Below are positions 1 to 14,267 of a DNA stretch of 64,000 nucleotides, in pieces (position 1 is the stretch's first letter; each line of letters opens with the position of its first letter). This DNA is from Eledone cirrhosa (Eukaryota). The notes under the pieces are model-generated. The model searched no databases. It was given only the letters and a program-made list of their open reading frames with translations, and had not been told where the DNA came from. The position numbers and the translations under genes were made by a program. Location of the stretch: positions 27,590,001 through 27,654,000 of the forward strand of contig OZ024761.1 of the NCBI GenBank assembly GCA_964016885.1, in the 5' to 3' direction.

Positions 1-19
1 ACGTATGTATTCAGTCAGC

Positions 20-81
<62 letters not shown>

Positions 82-83
<2 letters not shown>

Positions 84-160
84 TTGGATCGTCAAGTATA
101 AAATTTGGAGAAATTTGTAGAAAAAAAAATCAAGTTTCTACAACTTTCATACTTGACGAC

Positions 161-165
<5 letters not shown>
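82..165. repeat. Short fold-back island (~31-bp imperfect inverted arms) within (TA)n
   Basis: ATTGGATCGTCAAGTATAAAATTTGGAGAAA versus the reverse complement of TTTCTACAACTTTCATACTTGACGACCCAAT; (TA)n on both sides. Confidence 0.7.
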
Positions 166-225
<60 letters not shown>

Positions 226-227
<2 letters not shown>

Positions 228-361
228 CGAAGTAAATGTGGTAAGGAACCAGATGGACCATAACGCACCAAAGTACACAATACTTAGGGTAGTAGAGTGA
301 GTAGTCCAGAATTAGCCGTCGAAACGGCTTGAGCTCAGCCGTCGTGGTCCTACTCGTTCCT
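226..361. mobile_element. Dispersed repeat family A (GACGGCTGAGCTC family), rearranged copy with hammerhead 3' half
   Basis: Near-identical to 40871-41110 and similar to 12373-12558 and 40718-40855; contains GAAA-CGGC-ttgagctca-GCCG-TC (321-343). Confidence 0.75.
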
Positions 362-377
362 ATATATATATATATAT

Positions 378-420
378 GGAATACTGTTAGCTTCTCGCTA
401 CAACAATTTCTATACCTTTC

Positions 421-425
<5 letters not shown>
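378..425 (+). mobile_element. Terminal fragment of dispersed repeat family B
   Basis: Reverse complement resembles AAATGAAA(A/G)GTATAGAAATT...GAAGCCAACAG seen at 17596, 20353, 41164 and 58646. Confidence 0.6.
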
Positions 426-456
<31 letters not shown>

Positions 457-1305
457 TGGATATCCGTATGTTAAGGGGAGGCAATGAATGATTAACGTAA
501 CAGCCATCCTCATCTTGATGTCATGTCTCCTGTAACATGAAATTTTACCTTAGGTCATTTTTTGCTTCTCTTTCCACGCCCGAAACATCTCCGTATATTC
601 GAACAAATCTGAACAAAGCCACAAGAAAAAAATAACATCAACCCCAAAAAACAAACGTGTGAAGATGAGTATAAAAACCAAATAAATAAATAAATAAAAT
701 ACAACAAAAATAGACAAAATAAAGCTAATGCAAAAATAAAATAACCCGAAAAAATTTCGGCGAATGAATGGTTAACAAAAAATAACAAAATACCATGGAT
801 AAAGGAAAGTAATATATAACGAAAGGACTAAAGACAAACAGACGAAAGGAAAAAGAAAAATACTTTTTCCCAACAAGCTACAGGCAAATAAGATATAAAA
901 TATAATATAACACAACATAATATAATACAATAAGAGAGACATAGTTCTCAGTTTCTTGTAAGAATGGCGACGAAATAGAGAGGAAATATCTGACAGTTTT
1001 CTGGAAATGAGGTGAGAGAAAGATAACGAAAAAAATAAAAAAAAAATGAATGAAGGGAATCAATAGTAAAATAAATAGACATAAATAAAATTAACTCTGA
1101 AAAAAAAAAATGAAATAAAAAATAGAATAAACAGGTGAAAGAAAAAGAGGAAAAAAAAGAAAGAAAAAAGAAGAAAAATATATCCACGAAAAACAAATGA
1201 AAGAGATAGAAAAATATGAACAATCAGCGTATGTTGTTTTATTCAAAATTAAACAAATAAGAACGACCTAACAACATTGACCACACAGCGAAAAGATCGG
1301 GAGAA

Positions 1306-1380
<75 letters not shown>

Positions 1381-1415
1381 GCACATGTGTATATATATAT
1401 ATATATATGTGTGTG

Positions 1416-1452
<37 letters not shown>

Positions 1453-1502
1453 TTATGTATATATATATATGTATATATATATATACATATATATACATAT
1501 AA

Positions 1503-1556
<54 letters not shown>

Positions 1557-2051
1557 TTATATATATACATATATATTTATATATATACACATATGTATAT
1601 ATACATATATATATTTATATATATATACATATATATATTTATATATATATTTATATATATACTATATATATATATTTATATATATACACATATATATATA
1701 CATATATATATACATATATATACATATTTATTTATATACATATATATACATATTTATATATATATATTTATATATATATACATATATATATATATTTATA
1801 TATGTATACATATATATATATTTATATATATACATATTTATATATATATATTTATATATATATACATATATATATATATTTATATATGTATACATATATA
1901 TATATTTATATATATACATATATATATATATATATTTATATATGTATACATATATATATATATTTATATATATATACATATAATTATATATATTTATATA
2001 TATATACATATAATTATATATACATATATATATATATTTATATATATACAT

Positions 2052-2085
<34 letters not shown>

Positions 2086-2175
2086 ATATATTTATATATA
2101 TACATATATATACATATATAATATATGTATATATATATATATATGTTTGTTTTCTTGGTGTTGTGTATATATATG

Positions 2176-2220
<45 letters not shown>

Positions 2221-2225
2221 GTATA
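1306..2225. repeat. Degenerate (TA)n microsatellite array; similar arrays cover roughly half of the window
   Basis: Direct reading; the YIYI-type ORFs derive from it. Confidence 0.97.
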
Positions 2226-2499
2226 CAGCACCAAGAAAATAACTACAAAAAAACAAACAATGAAATATAAATATATATAAGCCAAAAAAAAACAAAAAAT
2301 AAAAAAAACAATAGTGTTACAAAGATATGTGGGGAGGAGAAATCTATTGTTTAAAATGGCGGAAGAAGAAAGAAATGAGAAAAAAAAAAGAATTTTTTTT
2401 TTCAAAATGAAGACAACATTCAAATTGAACGATTTTTACATGAAATAGCAACTTCCGGTTGAATGGTGAGGAGAAAGTAAAGGAGGAAGCATGGAGCAG

Positions 2500-3125
2500 T
2501 TAGTGGTGGTGATGGTGGTGGTGGTTAAGGTGACGAGAGAGAGGAACAAGTGCTGGTGAGGAGAGAGAGAGAGAGGAACAAGTGTTGGTGGTTGAGGAGA
2601 GAGAGGAACGAGTGGTGGTGGTGAGGAGAGAGAGTAACAAGTGTTAGTGGTTGAGGTGAGGAGAGAGAGGAACAAGTGGTGGTGGTGGTGAGGAGAGAGA
2701 GGAACAAGTGTTAGTGGTTGAGGTGAGGAGAGAGAGGAACGAGTGGTGGTGGTGGTGAGGAGTGAGAGAGAGAGAGGAACAAGTTGTGGGGGTGAGGAGA
2801 GAGAGAGGTACACGTTGTGGTGGGGAGAGAGAGAGAGGAAAGGAAGTAGAGAGAAGCAGGTGATGGTGATGGAAGTGAGGAGGAAGGAAGAGAGAGGAGC
2901 AGGTGATATGGTGGTGGTGGAAAGGTGGAACATATGATAGTGGTGGTGGTGGTGGTGAGGAATGTAGGAAGAGAGGAAGAGGTGGTGGAAAGGTGGTACG
3001 GAGGAACAGTTGATGGTGTAGTGGTGGTGGTAAAGGTGAGGACAGAGGAACAGGTGCTGGTGGTGGTGGTGGTGGAGGTGAGGTGAGTGGGAGAGGAGAG
3101 GAATAGGTGATGGTGGTGGAGGTAA
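2500..3125. repeat. Purine-rich minisatellite (GAGGAGAGAGAGGAACAAGTG(GTG)n, ~30-40 bp unit)
   Basis: Repeated GAGAGAGGAACAAGTG/GGTGGTGGTGAG units. Confidence 0.8.
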
Positions 3126-3339
3126 TGTGTAAATAAGATGATGGTAAACTGTATGTATGTGTTTTTTATGTGAGAGTGTTTGTGTGTGAAAATGTTCGTG
3201 TGTATATATTTATTTGTGTATATGTGTATGTTCGTGTGTATATATCTGTGTGTGTATGTGTATGTGTTAGTCTATGTATGTAGGGGGCTTAGATGAAAGA
3301 CATTAGCAAATGCTAGAAAGCGACGGGGGAAACCAATTG

Positions 3340-3880
3340 CAATAGTGGTAGTAATGGTGGTGGTGGTAGTGGTGATATTAGTAATGGTGGTGGGGGTAGT
3401 GGTGGTGGTGGTGGTGGTGGCATTGGCAGTAGTGGTTTTGGTAGTGGTGGTGGTGGTGGTATTGGTAGTAGTAATGGTGGTGGGGGTAGTGGTGGTATTG
3501 GTAGTGGTGGTGATAGTGGCATTGGCAGTGGTGGTTTTGGTAGTGGTGGTATTGGTAGTGGTGGTAGTGGCGGTGGTGGTGGTATTGGTAGTAGTGGTGG
3601 TGGTGGCGGTGGTAGTGGTGATGGTAGTGGTAGTGGTTGTTGTTGTGGTGGTGGTGGTAGTGGTGATGGTGGTGTGGTGTTAATAAATGGTGATGGTGGT
3701 GGTATTGGTAGTGGCGGTGGTAGTAGTGGGTGTTGTGGCAGTGGTGGTGATAGTAATGTCGTTGGTGTTGTATTGGTAATGATGGTGGTATTAATAGTGG
3801 TAGTGGTAGTAGTGTTAGTGGTAGTAGTGTTAGTGGTAGTGGTAGTGATGGTGGTGTTAGTGGAAGTAGGTGTTGTAGTA
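3340..3880. repeat. (GGT/AGT)n trinucleotide low-complexity tract
   Basis: Direct reading. Confidence 0.9.
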
Positions 3881-4009
3881 ATAGGAAATGAAAAGGGAAA
3901 TTACGTTTTTGGATGTTTCTCTCTGATGTGAATGCCATAGGATATATTTGTATCACTTTGTTGTCTTGGCATGAGACATGTCTTGTGTAGTTGTATGGGT
4001 GTCTGTGTG

Positions 4010-5220
4010 TGTGTGTGTGTGTGTTTGTTAGGGTACTTACGTGTCTGTATGCGTGTGTATGAGAGAGCTAGTGTATGTGTATGTAATGTTTTTGTGCATA
4101 TTTGTATGTTAGTGTGTGTGTGTTTGTCAGGGTACTTACGTGTCTGTTTGTATGCGTGTGTGTGAGAGAGCTAGTGTATGTGTATGTAATGTTTTTGTGG
4201 ATATTTGTATGTGTGTGTGTGTTAGGGTACTTACGTGTCTGTTTGTATGCGTGTGTGTGAGAGAGCTAGTGTATGTGTATGTAATGTGTTTGTGCATATT
4301 TGTATGTTTGTGTGTGTGTGTGTTAGGGTACTTACGTGTCTGTATGTATGCGTGTGAGTAAGAGAGCTAGTGTATGTGTATGTAATGTGTTTGTGCATAT
4401 TTGTATGTTTGTGTGTGTGTGTGTTAGGGTACTTACGTGTCTGTATGTATGCGTGTGTATGAGAGAGCTAGTGTATGTGTATGTAATGTTTTTGTGCATA
4501 TTTGTACGTGTGTGTGTGTTAGGGTACTTACGTGTCTGTTTGTATGCGTGTGAGTGAGAGAGCTAGTGTATGTGTATGTAATGTTTTTGTGCATATTTGT
4601 ATGTGTGTGTGTGTTAGGGTACTTACGTGTCTGTTTGTATGCGTGTGTGTGAGAGAGCTAGTGTATGTGTATGTAATGTTTTTGTGCATATTTGTATGTT
4701 AGTGTGTGTGTGTTTGTCAGGGTACTTACGTGTCTGTTTGTATGCGTGTGTGTGAGAGAGCTAGTGTATGTGTATGTAATGTTTTTGTGCATATTTGTAT
4801 GTGTGTGTGTGTGTTAGGGTACTTACGTGTCTGTTTGTATGCGTGTGAGTAAGAGAGCTAGTGTATGTGTATGTAATGTGTTTGTGGATATTTGTATGTT
4901 TGTGTGTGTGTGTGTTAGGGTACTTACGTGTCTGTATGTATGCGTGTGAGTGAGAGAGCTAGTGTATGTGTATGTAATGTGTTTGTGGATATTTGTATGT
5001 GTGTGTGTGTGTGTGTGTTAGGGTACTTACGTGTCTGTATGTATGCGTGTGTATGAGAGAGCTAGTATATGTGTATGTAATGTTTTTGTGCATATTTGTA
5101 TGTGTGTGTGTGTGTTAGGGTACTTACGTGTCTGTTTGTATGCGTGTGTGTGAGAGAGCTAGTGTATGTGTATGTAATGTTTTTGTGCATATTTGTATAT
5201 TAGTGTGTGTGCGTTTGTGT
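4010..5220. repeat. ~100-bp tandem satellite, about 12 copies
   Basis: Unit TTAGGGTACTTACGTGTCTGT...GAGAGAGCTAGTGTATGTGTATGTAATG...(GT)n recurs at ~4028, 4128, 4222, 4324, 4424, 4519, 4614, 4718, 4814, 4915, 5018 and 5115. Confidence 0.95.
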
Positions 5221-5261
5221 GCATATAAATATGTATATATATATATGTATATATATATATG

Positions 5262-5294
<33 letters not shown>

Positions 5295-5317
5295 GTATAT
5301 ATATATGTATATATATG

Positions 5318-5349
<32 letters not shown>

Positions 5350-5639
5350 CATATATGTATATATATATGTATATATATACATATATGTATATATATATAT
5401 ACATATATGTATATATATATATAAATATATGTATATATATATATACATATATGTATATATATATATACATATATGTATATATATATATACATATATATAC
5501 ATATATGTATATATATATATACATATATGTATATATATATATACATATATGTATATATATATATACATATATGTATATATATATATACATATATGTATAT
5601 ATATATATACATATATGTATATATATATATGTATATATG

Positions 5640-5718
<79 letters not shown>

Positions 5719-5762
5719 AAAAGAAACCAAACAACGCTTACATACTCAAACAGTTTTTATTT

Positions 5763-5808
5763 GCTTACAATGTTTCATTCATACCGTTGTGTAGGATTCA
5801 TCAGTGCT
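5763..5808 (-). ncRNA. Hammerhead ribozyme-like motif, canonical core with weak stems
   Basis: Minus strand AAGCA-CTGATGA-atcctacacaacggtatgaat-GAAA-C-att-G-TA-AGC; stem I has an A-A mismatch at its base. Confidence 0.5.
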
Positions 5809-6334
5809 TAATAAACACAGTGCTGAGTATAAGCTCGACCAAGCTTAGTCACACGAACAATCGGAATACAATAGAGCGTAAAGATAGGGAGTTCAGAGAT
5901 GGCGAATAAGGAGAGAGTACATGCTGGGGTTGTTAAACACTACAGCTAAATGCTAGGGCACCAGCAGATCTCACAATATGCAGATACAATTGATGGCACC
6001 GAAAATAAAAAAAATACAAAATGGTTAAAACAAAAAAATACAAACATAATAAAAAAATATATGTGTATATATATATATGTATATATATATATATGTATAT
6101 ATATATATGTATATATGTATATGTATATATATATGTATGTATACATGTATATATATGTATATATGTATATATATATGTATATATATGTATATATGTATAT
6201 ATATATGTATATATATATATATATGTATATATATGTATATATATATATATATATGTATATATATGTACATATATATATATGTATATATTTATATATGTAC
6301 ATATATATATATGTATATATTTATATATATATAT

Positions 6335-6365
<31 letters not shown>

Positions 6366-6502
6366 GTATATATATATATATGTATATGTATATACATGTA
6401 TGTATATATATGTATATATATATGTATATATATATGTATATATATATATGTATATATATATATGTATATATATATATGTATATGTATATACATGTATGTA
6501 TA

Positions 6503-6543
<41 letters not shown>

Positions 6544-7048
6544 ATATATATGTATATATGTATATATATGTATGTATATATATGTGTATATGTATATATG
6601 TATATATATGTATATATATATACATATGTATATATATATATGTATATATATATATATGTGTATATGTATATATGTATATATATGTATATATATATACATA
6701 TGTATATATATATATGTATATATGTATACATATGTATATATGTATATATATGTATATATATATATATATGTATATATATATACATATGTATATATATATA
6801 TATGTGTATATGTATATATGTATATATATGTATATATATATACATATGTATATATATATATGTATATATATATACATATGTATATATATATATGTATATA
6901 TATGTATATATATGTATATATATACATATGTATATATATATGTATATATATATCTCTCTATATATATGCATATATATATATATGTATATATGTATATATA
7001 TATATGTATATATATATATGAATATATATATATGTATATATATATGTG

Positions 7049-7088
<40 letters not shown>

Positions 7089-7118
7089 TATGTGTGTATA
7101 TATGTATATATGTATATA

Positions 7119-7186
<68 letters not shown>

Positions 7187-7510
7187 TATACATATATATA
7201 TAGATATATGTATATATATTTATATACATATATATATGTATATATATATATAGATATATGTATATATATATATATGTATATACACATATATATATATGTA
7301 TATACACGTATATATATATGTATATGCATATATATATATGTATATACACATATATATATATGTATATGCATATATATATATGTATATACACATATATATA
7401 TATGTATATACACGTATATATATATGTATATACACATATATATATATGTATATGCATATATATATGTATATACACATATATATATATGTATATACATATA
7501 TATATATATG

Positions 7511-7544
<34 letters not shown>

Positions 7545-7796
7545 CATATATATATATATGTATATGCATATATATATGTATATATATATATATATATGTA
7601 TATACATATATATATGTATGTATATATATATGTCTATGTATATGTATGTATATATATATGTCTATGTATATATATATATGTATATGTATATGTCTATGTA
7701 TATGTATATATATATATGTATATGTATATGTATATATATATATATGTATATATATATATGTATATACATATATATATGTATATGTATATATATATG

Positions 7797-7830
<34 letters not shown>

Positions 7831-8139
7831 TATATCAAAGGGCAAAGGTGCTCTTAAGAGTCAATGGCCATCCAAAATCACTGGGAGAGATGACCCCTTA
7901 GCCTTTGTCAAGGCAGAATTCTAGGAGAAGGAAAACTCTGATATAACACCTGCAACCCTGATGGTATCCAATGATGTTGACTTGTTCTTCTTTTTGGTAA
8001 ATATCATCTTGGTTAAGACAGTGGGACTGGCTTTGTGCAGTGCCTTTGCTCACTATAAAAGCTTCACGGCACAGGCATTGCTTTATATCTGGAGATCTCT
8101 CTGCACTTGTCGTCACATGGTACCAACTACAAAGCACTA

Positions 8140-8289
8140 TGTGTCAATAATTGTCACAAGTGTAGTGTTTGTGCCAGAGTTTTCAAGTCGCTGGCTGGAC
8201 TAAAAAGTCACACTCGTTCAGCGCATCGGTAGGGGTTCTCCTACATGGATATAAGGTAGTGGCCGTACTCGAAAACGAGTTGGCAGCCA

Positions 8290-8292
<3 letters not shown>
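8140..8292 (+). mobile_element. 3' end of probable RTE-clade LINE (C-terminal C2H2 finger, 3' hairpin, TA tail)
   Basis: 8146-8232 translates [28 protein letters not shown]; followed by the GTGGC..CTCG-AAAA-CGAG..GCCAC hairpin running into (TA)n; second copy at 24707-24870. Confidence 0.65.
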
Positions 8293-8328
<36 letters not shown>

Positions 8329-8442
8329 TATATGTATATGTATATATATATGTATATATATATATGTATATATATATATGTATATATATGTATATGTATA
8401 TATATGTATATATATATGTATATATATATATGTATATATATG

Positions 8443-8477
<35 letters not shown>

Positions 8478-8486
8478 GTATATATG

Positions 8487-8524
<38 letters not shown>

Positions 8525-8822
8525 TGTATATATATGTATATATGTATATATATATATGTATATATATGTATATATATATATATATATGTATATATATGTA
8601 TATATATGTATATATATATATGTATATATATGTATATATATGTATATATATACATGTATATATATGTATATATATACATGTATATATATGTATATATATA
8701 TATATGTATATATATGTATATATATATATATGTATATATATGTATATATATATATATGTATATATATGTATATATATATATGTATATATATATATATGTA
8801 TATATATGTATATATATATATG

Positions 8823-8853
<31 letters not shown>

Positions 8854-8944
8854 GTATATATATGTATATATATATATGTTTATATATGTATATATAAATA
8901 TATGTATATATATGTATATATAAATATATGTATATATATATATG

Positions 8945-9007
<63 letters not shown>

Positions 9008-9022
9008 GTATATATATATATG

Positions 9023-9073
<51 letters not shown>

Positions 9074-9074
9074 G

Positions 9075-9128
<54 letters not shown>

Positions 9129-9154
9129 TGTGTATATATATATGTGTATATATA

Positions 9155-9204
<50 letters not shown>

Positions 9205-9270
9205 TGTGTATATATATATGTGTATATATATATATGTGTGTATATATATATATGTGTATATGTATATATG

Positions 9271-9362
<92 letters not shown>

Positions 9363-9469
9363 CATATATATATATACATATATTTATATATACATATATA
9401 TACATATATTTATATATACATATATAAACATATATATATATACATATATATACATATATATATATATAC

Positions 9470-10295
9470 ATTAATTATAGTATTAATTATACTATTTATG
9501 GTTATGTAAATACAAAAACCTTTTGCAGTTATATATATTTTTATACAAACCCTAAATAGTGGTAGGCAGTAATATATCACTACCTTATTACCAGTATGTA
9601 AAAACATCAGATGATTTACAGAGCAGTTATATGAAATATATGAAATATAAGAATCGAAGAACTGTTCAAAACATTTTTATGCTTACAACTGTTTCCTCCA
9701 AACCGAGGTTTGGTTTCTTCGGAGCAATTTATTAATGAATGAAAACTTATATGACCTCCTTTTCACCCAAGAGACGTACAGATACATATGCAAATATTGT
9801 GGGTCAACATTCATTACAGCATTTAGAGTGGCAGTACACACTTGGATATTACATTCATATTAAAAGATACAATCAAAAATATAGGTTAAAATACAACATC
9901 AAAAATAAGCGGTTATGTAGTGCAAATGTTATATGTGTGGCAAGCACGTGCGTCTTGTTTATATAGTGTGGCAGAGAATTACGTGTAGTAGAAGCACTTA
10001 AGTAGGTAAACAAGAGTGTTAGGTTGGTTGATCTGGTGGCAAATTCTGTATATGATTGTTATAGTCTGTGTGTGGAGAAATAATATAAGCATTAAAAATA
10101 GTGCAAGCATTAAAAATATTAAAAATATTGCAAATGCACAGCGAAGGGATGATATGAACTTCATGTACTTCGACATTTTCATAGTCTGGGGAGTGTATTA
10201 TATGCCCCTCACATAATCTAGGACAATTCGATATTGAGTGTTTGACAATCCAGTTAGAGAATCGTAGTCAGATGTTCTTTAGTTCAATAATGTTC
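9470..10295 (-). mobile_element. Hammerhead-bearing element, family C copy 1 (probable Penelope-like terminal region)
   Basis: Homologous to 10815-11450; bounded by (TA)n on both sides; hammerhead at 9679-9727. Confidence 0.65.
9679..9727 (-). ncRNA. Type I hammerhead variant (U4C core CCGAAGA)
   Basis: TTGCT-CCGAAGA-aaCCAAACC-tc-GGTTTGGag-GAAA-C-agtt-G-TA-AGCAT; 4-bp stem I. Confidence 0.7.
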
Positions 10296-10328
<33 letters not shown>

Positions 10329-10471
10329 CATATATAGATACATATATATACATATATATATATATATACATACATATATGCATATATATATATATACGTA
10401 TATATATATATATGCATATATATATATACATATATATATATACATATATATATATACATACATATATAAAC

Positions 10472-10546
<75 letters not shown>

Positions 10547-10749
10547 CATATATATATAAACATATATATATATATACATATATATATAAACATATATATA
10601 TATAAACATATATATATATATAAACATATATATATATAAACATATATATATATATATAAACATATATATATATATAAACATATATATATATAAACATATA
10701 TATATATATAAACATATATATATATATAAACATATATATATATATAAAC

Positions 10750-10819
<70 letters not shown>

Positions 10820-11018
10820 TTAAGGATACTATTTATGGTTATGTATATACTAAAACCTTTTATAGTTATATATATTTTAAACCCTAAACAGTGAAAGACA
10901 GTAATATATTACTACCTTATTACCAGTAAGATAAATAGCTCAATGTAATAACATCAGTTGTTCTACAGAGCAGTTATATAGAGATTAGATGAATCAAAGT
11001 TCTGTTCAAATCATTTAT

Positions 11019-11067
11019 TCGCTTACAATTGTTTCTTCCAAACCGAGGTTTGGAGTCTTCGGAGCAA
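11019..11067 (-). ncRNA. Type I hammerhead variant (U4C)
   Basis: TTGCT-CCGAAGA-cTCCAAACC-tc-GGTTTGGAa-GAAA-C-AATT-G-TA-AGCGA; 5-bp stem I; palindromic stem III ACAATTGT. Confidence 0.75.
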
Positions 11068-11664
11068 TTTTTCAATGATTGTTTACATACTTGACCTCCT
11101 TTTCAACACAAGAAACATACAGAAACATATGTATATATTGATGCACAGTGGGTTGACATCCATTATAATATTTAAGCATGGCAGTTTACATTTAAAGATT
11201 AAAGTCATATTAAAGAAAATTACAACAAAATTAAAGTTATGATACAACATTGGCAGTCTATGAAGGTGATGTAGGAGGATAGTTAGAAGTAGTTAGTTAC
11301 ACGTGGGGCATGCACGTGTATCCTATTTTTATAAGATTATAGTGCGGTAAGGTGTTATATGGAATATAAGCACTTTAAGCGGGCAATCAAGAGTATTATT
11401 GGGGTTGTATAGTATTTTATATGTATGATATAGAAGCTTGTTTGCAGAGAAATATTTAAAGTATTAAGAATGAGAAGCAAAACAGTGTTATGGTTTTTCG
11501 TATACCCCACCATTTTCACAATCCAAGAAACGTAATTTGTGTCGAACCACTTGGATATAGGACAAAAAATAAACACGTAAGTGTGGCGTAGAATTGACAG
11601 AGTCGTTAGAAAGTCGGATAGAATGCTTGCAGTTCTCATTCCGGTCAACATCCTGTCGGTTGTT

Positions 11665-11995
11665 GTTGTTGTGAGGGTTAATGGTTGTTGTAGTTGTGAG
11701 GGGTTAATGGTTGTAGTTGTGAGAGTTAATGGCTGTTGTAGTTGTGAGGGGTTAATGGTTGTAGTTGTGAGAGTTAATAGCTGTTGTAGTTGCGAGGGGT
11801 TAATGGTTGTAGTTGTGAGAGTTAATGGTTGTTGTAGTTGTGAGGGTTAATGGTTGTAGTTGTGAGAGTTAATGGTTGTATTTCTGAGGGTTAATGGTTG
11901 TATTTCTGAGGGTTAATGGTTGTAGTTGTGAGAGTTAATGGTTGTTGTTGTGAGAGTTAATGGTTGTAGTTCTGAGGGTAAATGGTTGTAGTTGC
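11665..11995. repeat. 21-24-bp minisatellite (GAG[G/A]GTTAATGGTTGTAGTTGT)
   Basis: About 15 tandem units. Confidence 0.9.
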
Positions 11996-12317
11996 GCGGC
12001 TAATATTTCCGTTACGGGAGTATATCATTCTGATCGAGACGGTTTCACTTATCGATCCTGCAAAAGAACAAAAAGCAGAAAAGGAAATAAACCTTGACAT
12101 GATTTGAAGACAAAGCAGAGCGGATTAAGTACTAGTTAGTTTACATTTAGTCCGAGACCCCCGGATTTGTCCAACATAATAGAGTTCTATTGATATATTC
12201 TAATTAGAAAGAGGATAACAATTGAGTATTTAAGCCTTTTATTAAGAAAAGTTATAAATAAAAATCAATTACATCTCATCTACCTCGCCCCTTCCTTCCC
12301 CTCTCTCTCTCACGCTG

Positions 12318-12372
<55 letters not shown>

Positions 12373-12555
12373 GAAAATAGTCAGGACCCCGACGGCTGAG
12401 CTGCGGCAGTTTCGACAGCTAGATCCGAACTAGCTGTTCGGATCTAGCTGTCGAAACGACTGGAGCTCAGCCGTCGGGGTCCTGACTATTTTCCTAATAC
12501 CCACTCTACTACCATAGGTATCGAGTACTCTGGCGCGTTATGGTCCACCTGGTAT

Positions 12556-12558
<3 letters not shown>
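12373..12558. mobile_element. Family A copy with fold-back (12373-12493) and hammerhead 3' halves
   Basis: GAAAATAGTCAGGACCCCGACGGCTGAGC...GCTCAGCCGTCGGGGTCCTGACTATTTTC inverted arms; flanked by (TA)n. Confidence 0.75.
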
Positions 12559-12629
<71 letters not shown>

Positions 12630-12654
12630 TATACATATATATATATATATACAC

Positions 12655-12949
<295 letters not shown>

Positions 12950-13051
12950 TATATACATATATATATATACACATATATATATATACACATATATATATAT
13001 ATACACATATATATATATATATACACACATATATATATATATATATATATG

Positions 13052-13112
<61 letters not shown>

Positions 13113-13275
13113 TGATGATGTTTGTTTTTGAAATGCGCATAATAAAATAAAATATATGGAACTCCTTTAACCATCTTTTGATCTTATATTATGCATACTC
13201 CAGTCCCACAAACTGTAGAGTGCTTCTTATCCGATATCTGCATTGCTTTATTGTACTACAATAAAACTCACCTCC

Positions 13276-13336
<61 letters not shown>

Positions 13337-13749
13337 TTAAAGTATATGATAAACACGAAATGTGTTTACATTGCAACAGACAAAGTTAGAGCTATTAATG
13401 AAATAAACTAATAAAAGTGAATACAATTTGTCTGTCTCGATACAAGTCAATAAAGACAAGATTATATTGGCAACGGCCATGATTCCTGGACATATTTAAA
13501 TTTCAAAATTCAAACCTGATAGCTAACATTTTACGAAGAGTGAGAAATTTCATTTCTCACTCTTCGTACGGCTGTTACTTAAATATAAGTATGTATACGT
13601 ACATACTTATATGTATACAGACGTACAGTAGTATGTATATATATATACATACATGCACACATATATATATATGTACATATGGGTTTACCGAACAGCGGTA
13701 ATAAAACCCATAAGGAATGTAGAGAATAATAATAATAATATTAATAATA

Positions 13750-13868
13750 ATTGTTTCTACTTTTGGCACAAGGCCAGCAATTACCCAGTACATTACTGGT
13801 ACTTTATTTTATCGACCCCGTAAGGATGAAAGGCAAAGTTTAACCTCGGCGGGATTTGAACTCAGACC
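13750..13868 (-). mobile_element. tRNA-derived SINE (Meta-like core), 5'-truncated, inside the left PLE arm
   Basis: Minus strand B-box GAGTTCAAATCCC plus GCCTTTCATCCTTACGGGGTCGATAAAATAAAGTACCAG. Confidence 0.85.
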
Positions 13869-13886
13869 GTAATAATAATAATGTCC

Positions 13887-14005
13887 GTTTACAATTGTTT
13901 CGCTATTCCATATAATATTTCTGGATCAAATTATTATAGATCATTATTGATCTGGTTCAGTTGAAAATAATTAACAAAGGTAAAAATAGAGCAGCTCATC
14001 GGAAC
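13887..14005 (-). ncRNA. Hammerhead (U4C) with long stem II insertion, inverted copy
   Basis: Reverse complement of 15404-15522. Confidence 0.6.
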
Positions 14006-14267
14006 TTCAAAATGAATATAAATTAAAATAAGGAAAGAATGTTACATGAATGTAATGTTCCATATATTGGTATTTCACTATGGCGTCCTGGGTATATCTA
14101 TTGTCTGCCATAGTCGAGCAGTATTCTTCTGTCGACGCTGCATTGTGTGAGATCTGCCTATGGGTAACAAGATGGCCGCCAATGGACATGTTTATTTTAC
14201 TAATTAGAAGGTGGTTTCAGGGGAGGTAACTCCTCGATAGATTATAAATTGTGGGTAGTTAGATTAG

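Larger units (their letters stand above)
10815..12260 (-). mobile_element. Hammerhead-bearing element, family C copy 2 (longer, with internal minisatellite)
   Basis: Shares ~600 bp with 9470-10100; hammerhead at 11019-11067; 5' boundary approximate. Confidence 0.55.

Noticed and set aside
3313-3956. Pro-, His- or Gly-rich ORFs
   Set aside because: Trinucleotide low-complexity sequence with no supporting splice or domain evidence.
4010-5220. CRISPR-like array or telomeric signal (TTAGGG per unit)
   Set aside because: No unique spacers and no cas genes in a eukaryotic context; a single TTAGGG per unit (TCAGGG in two units) is not a telomeric tract.
7836-8090. Possible RTE 5' UTR or HDV-like ribozyme (TAGGAGAAGGAAAACTCTGA)
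   Set aside because: The motif looks familiar from RTE leaders, but I could not fold a nested double pseudoknot; left uncalled.
13533-13567. Perfect 14-bp hairpin as a terminator
   Set aside because: Eukaryotic DNA; more likely another small fold-back junction, with no function assignable.
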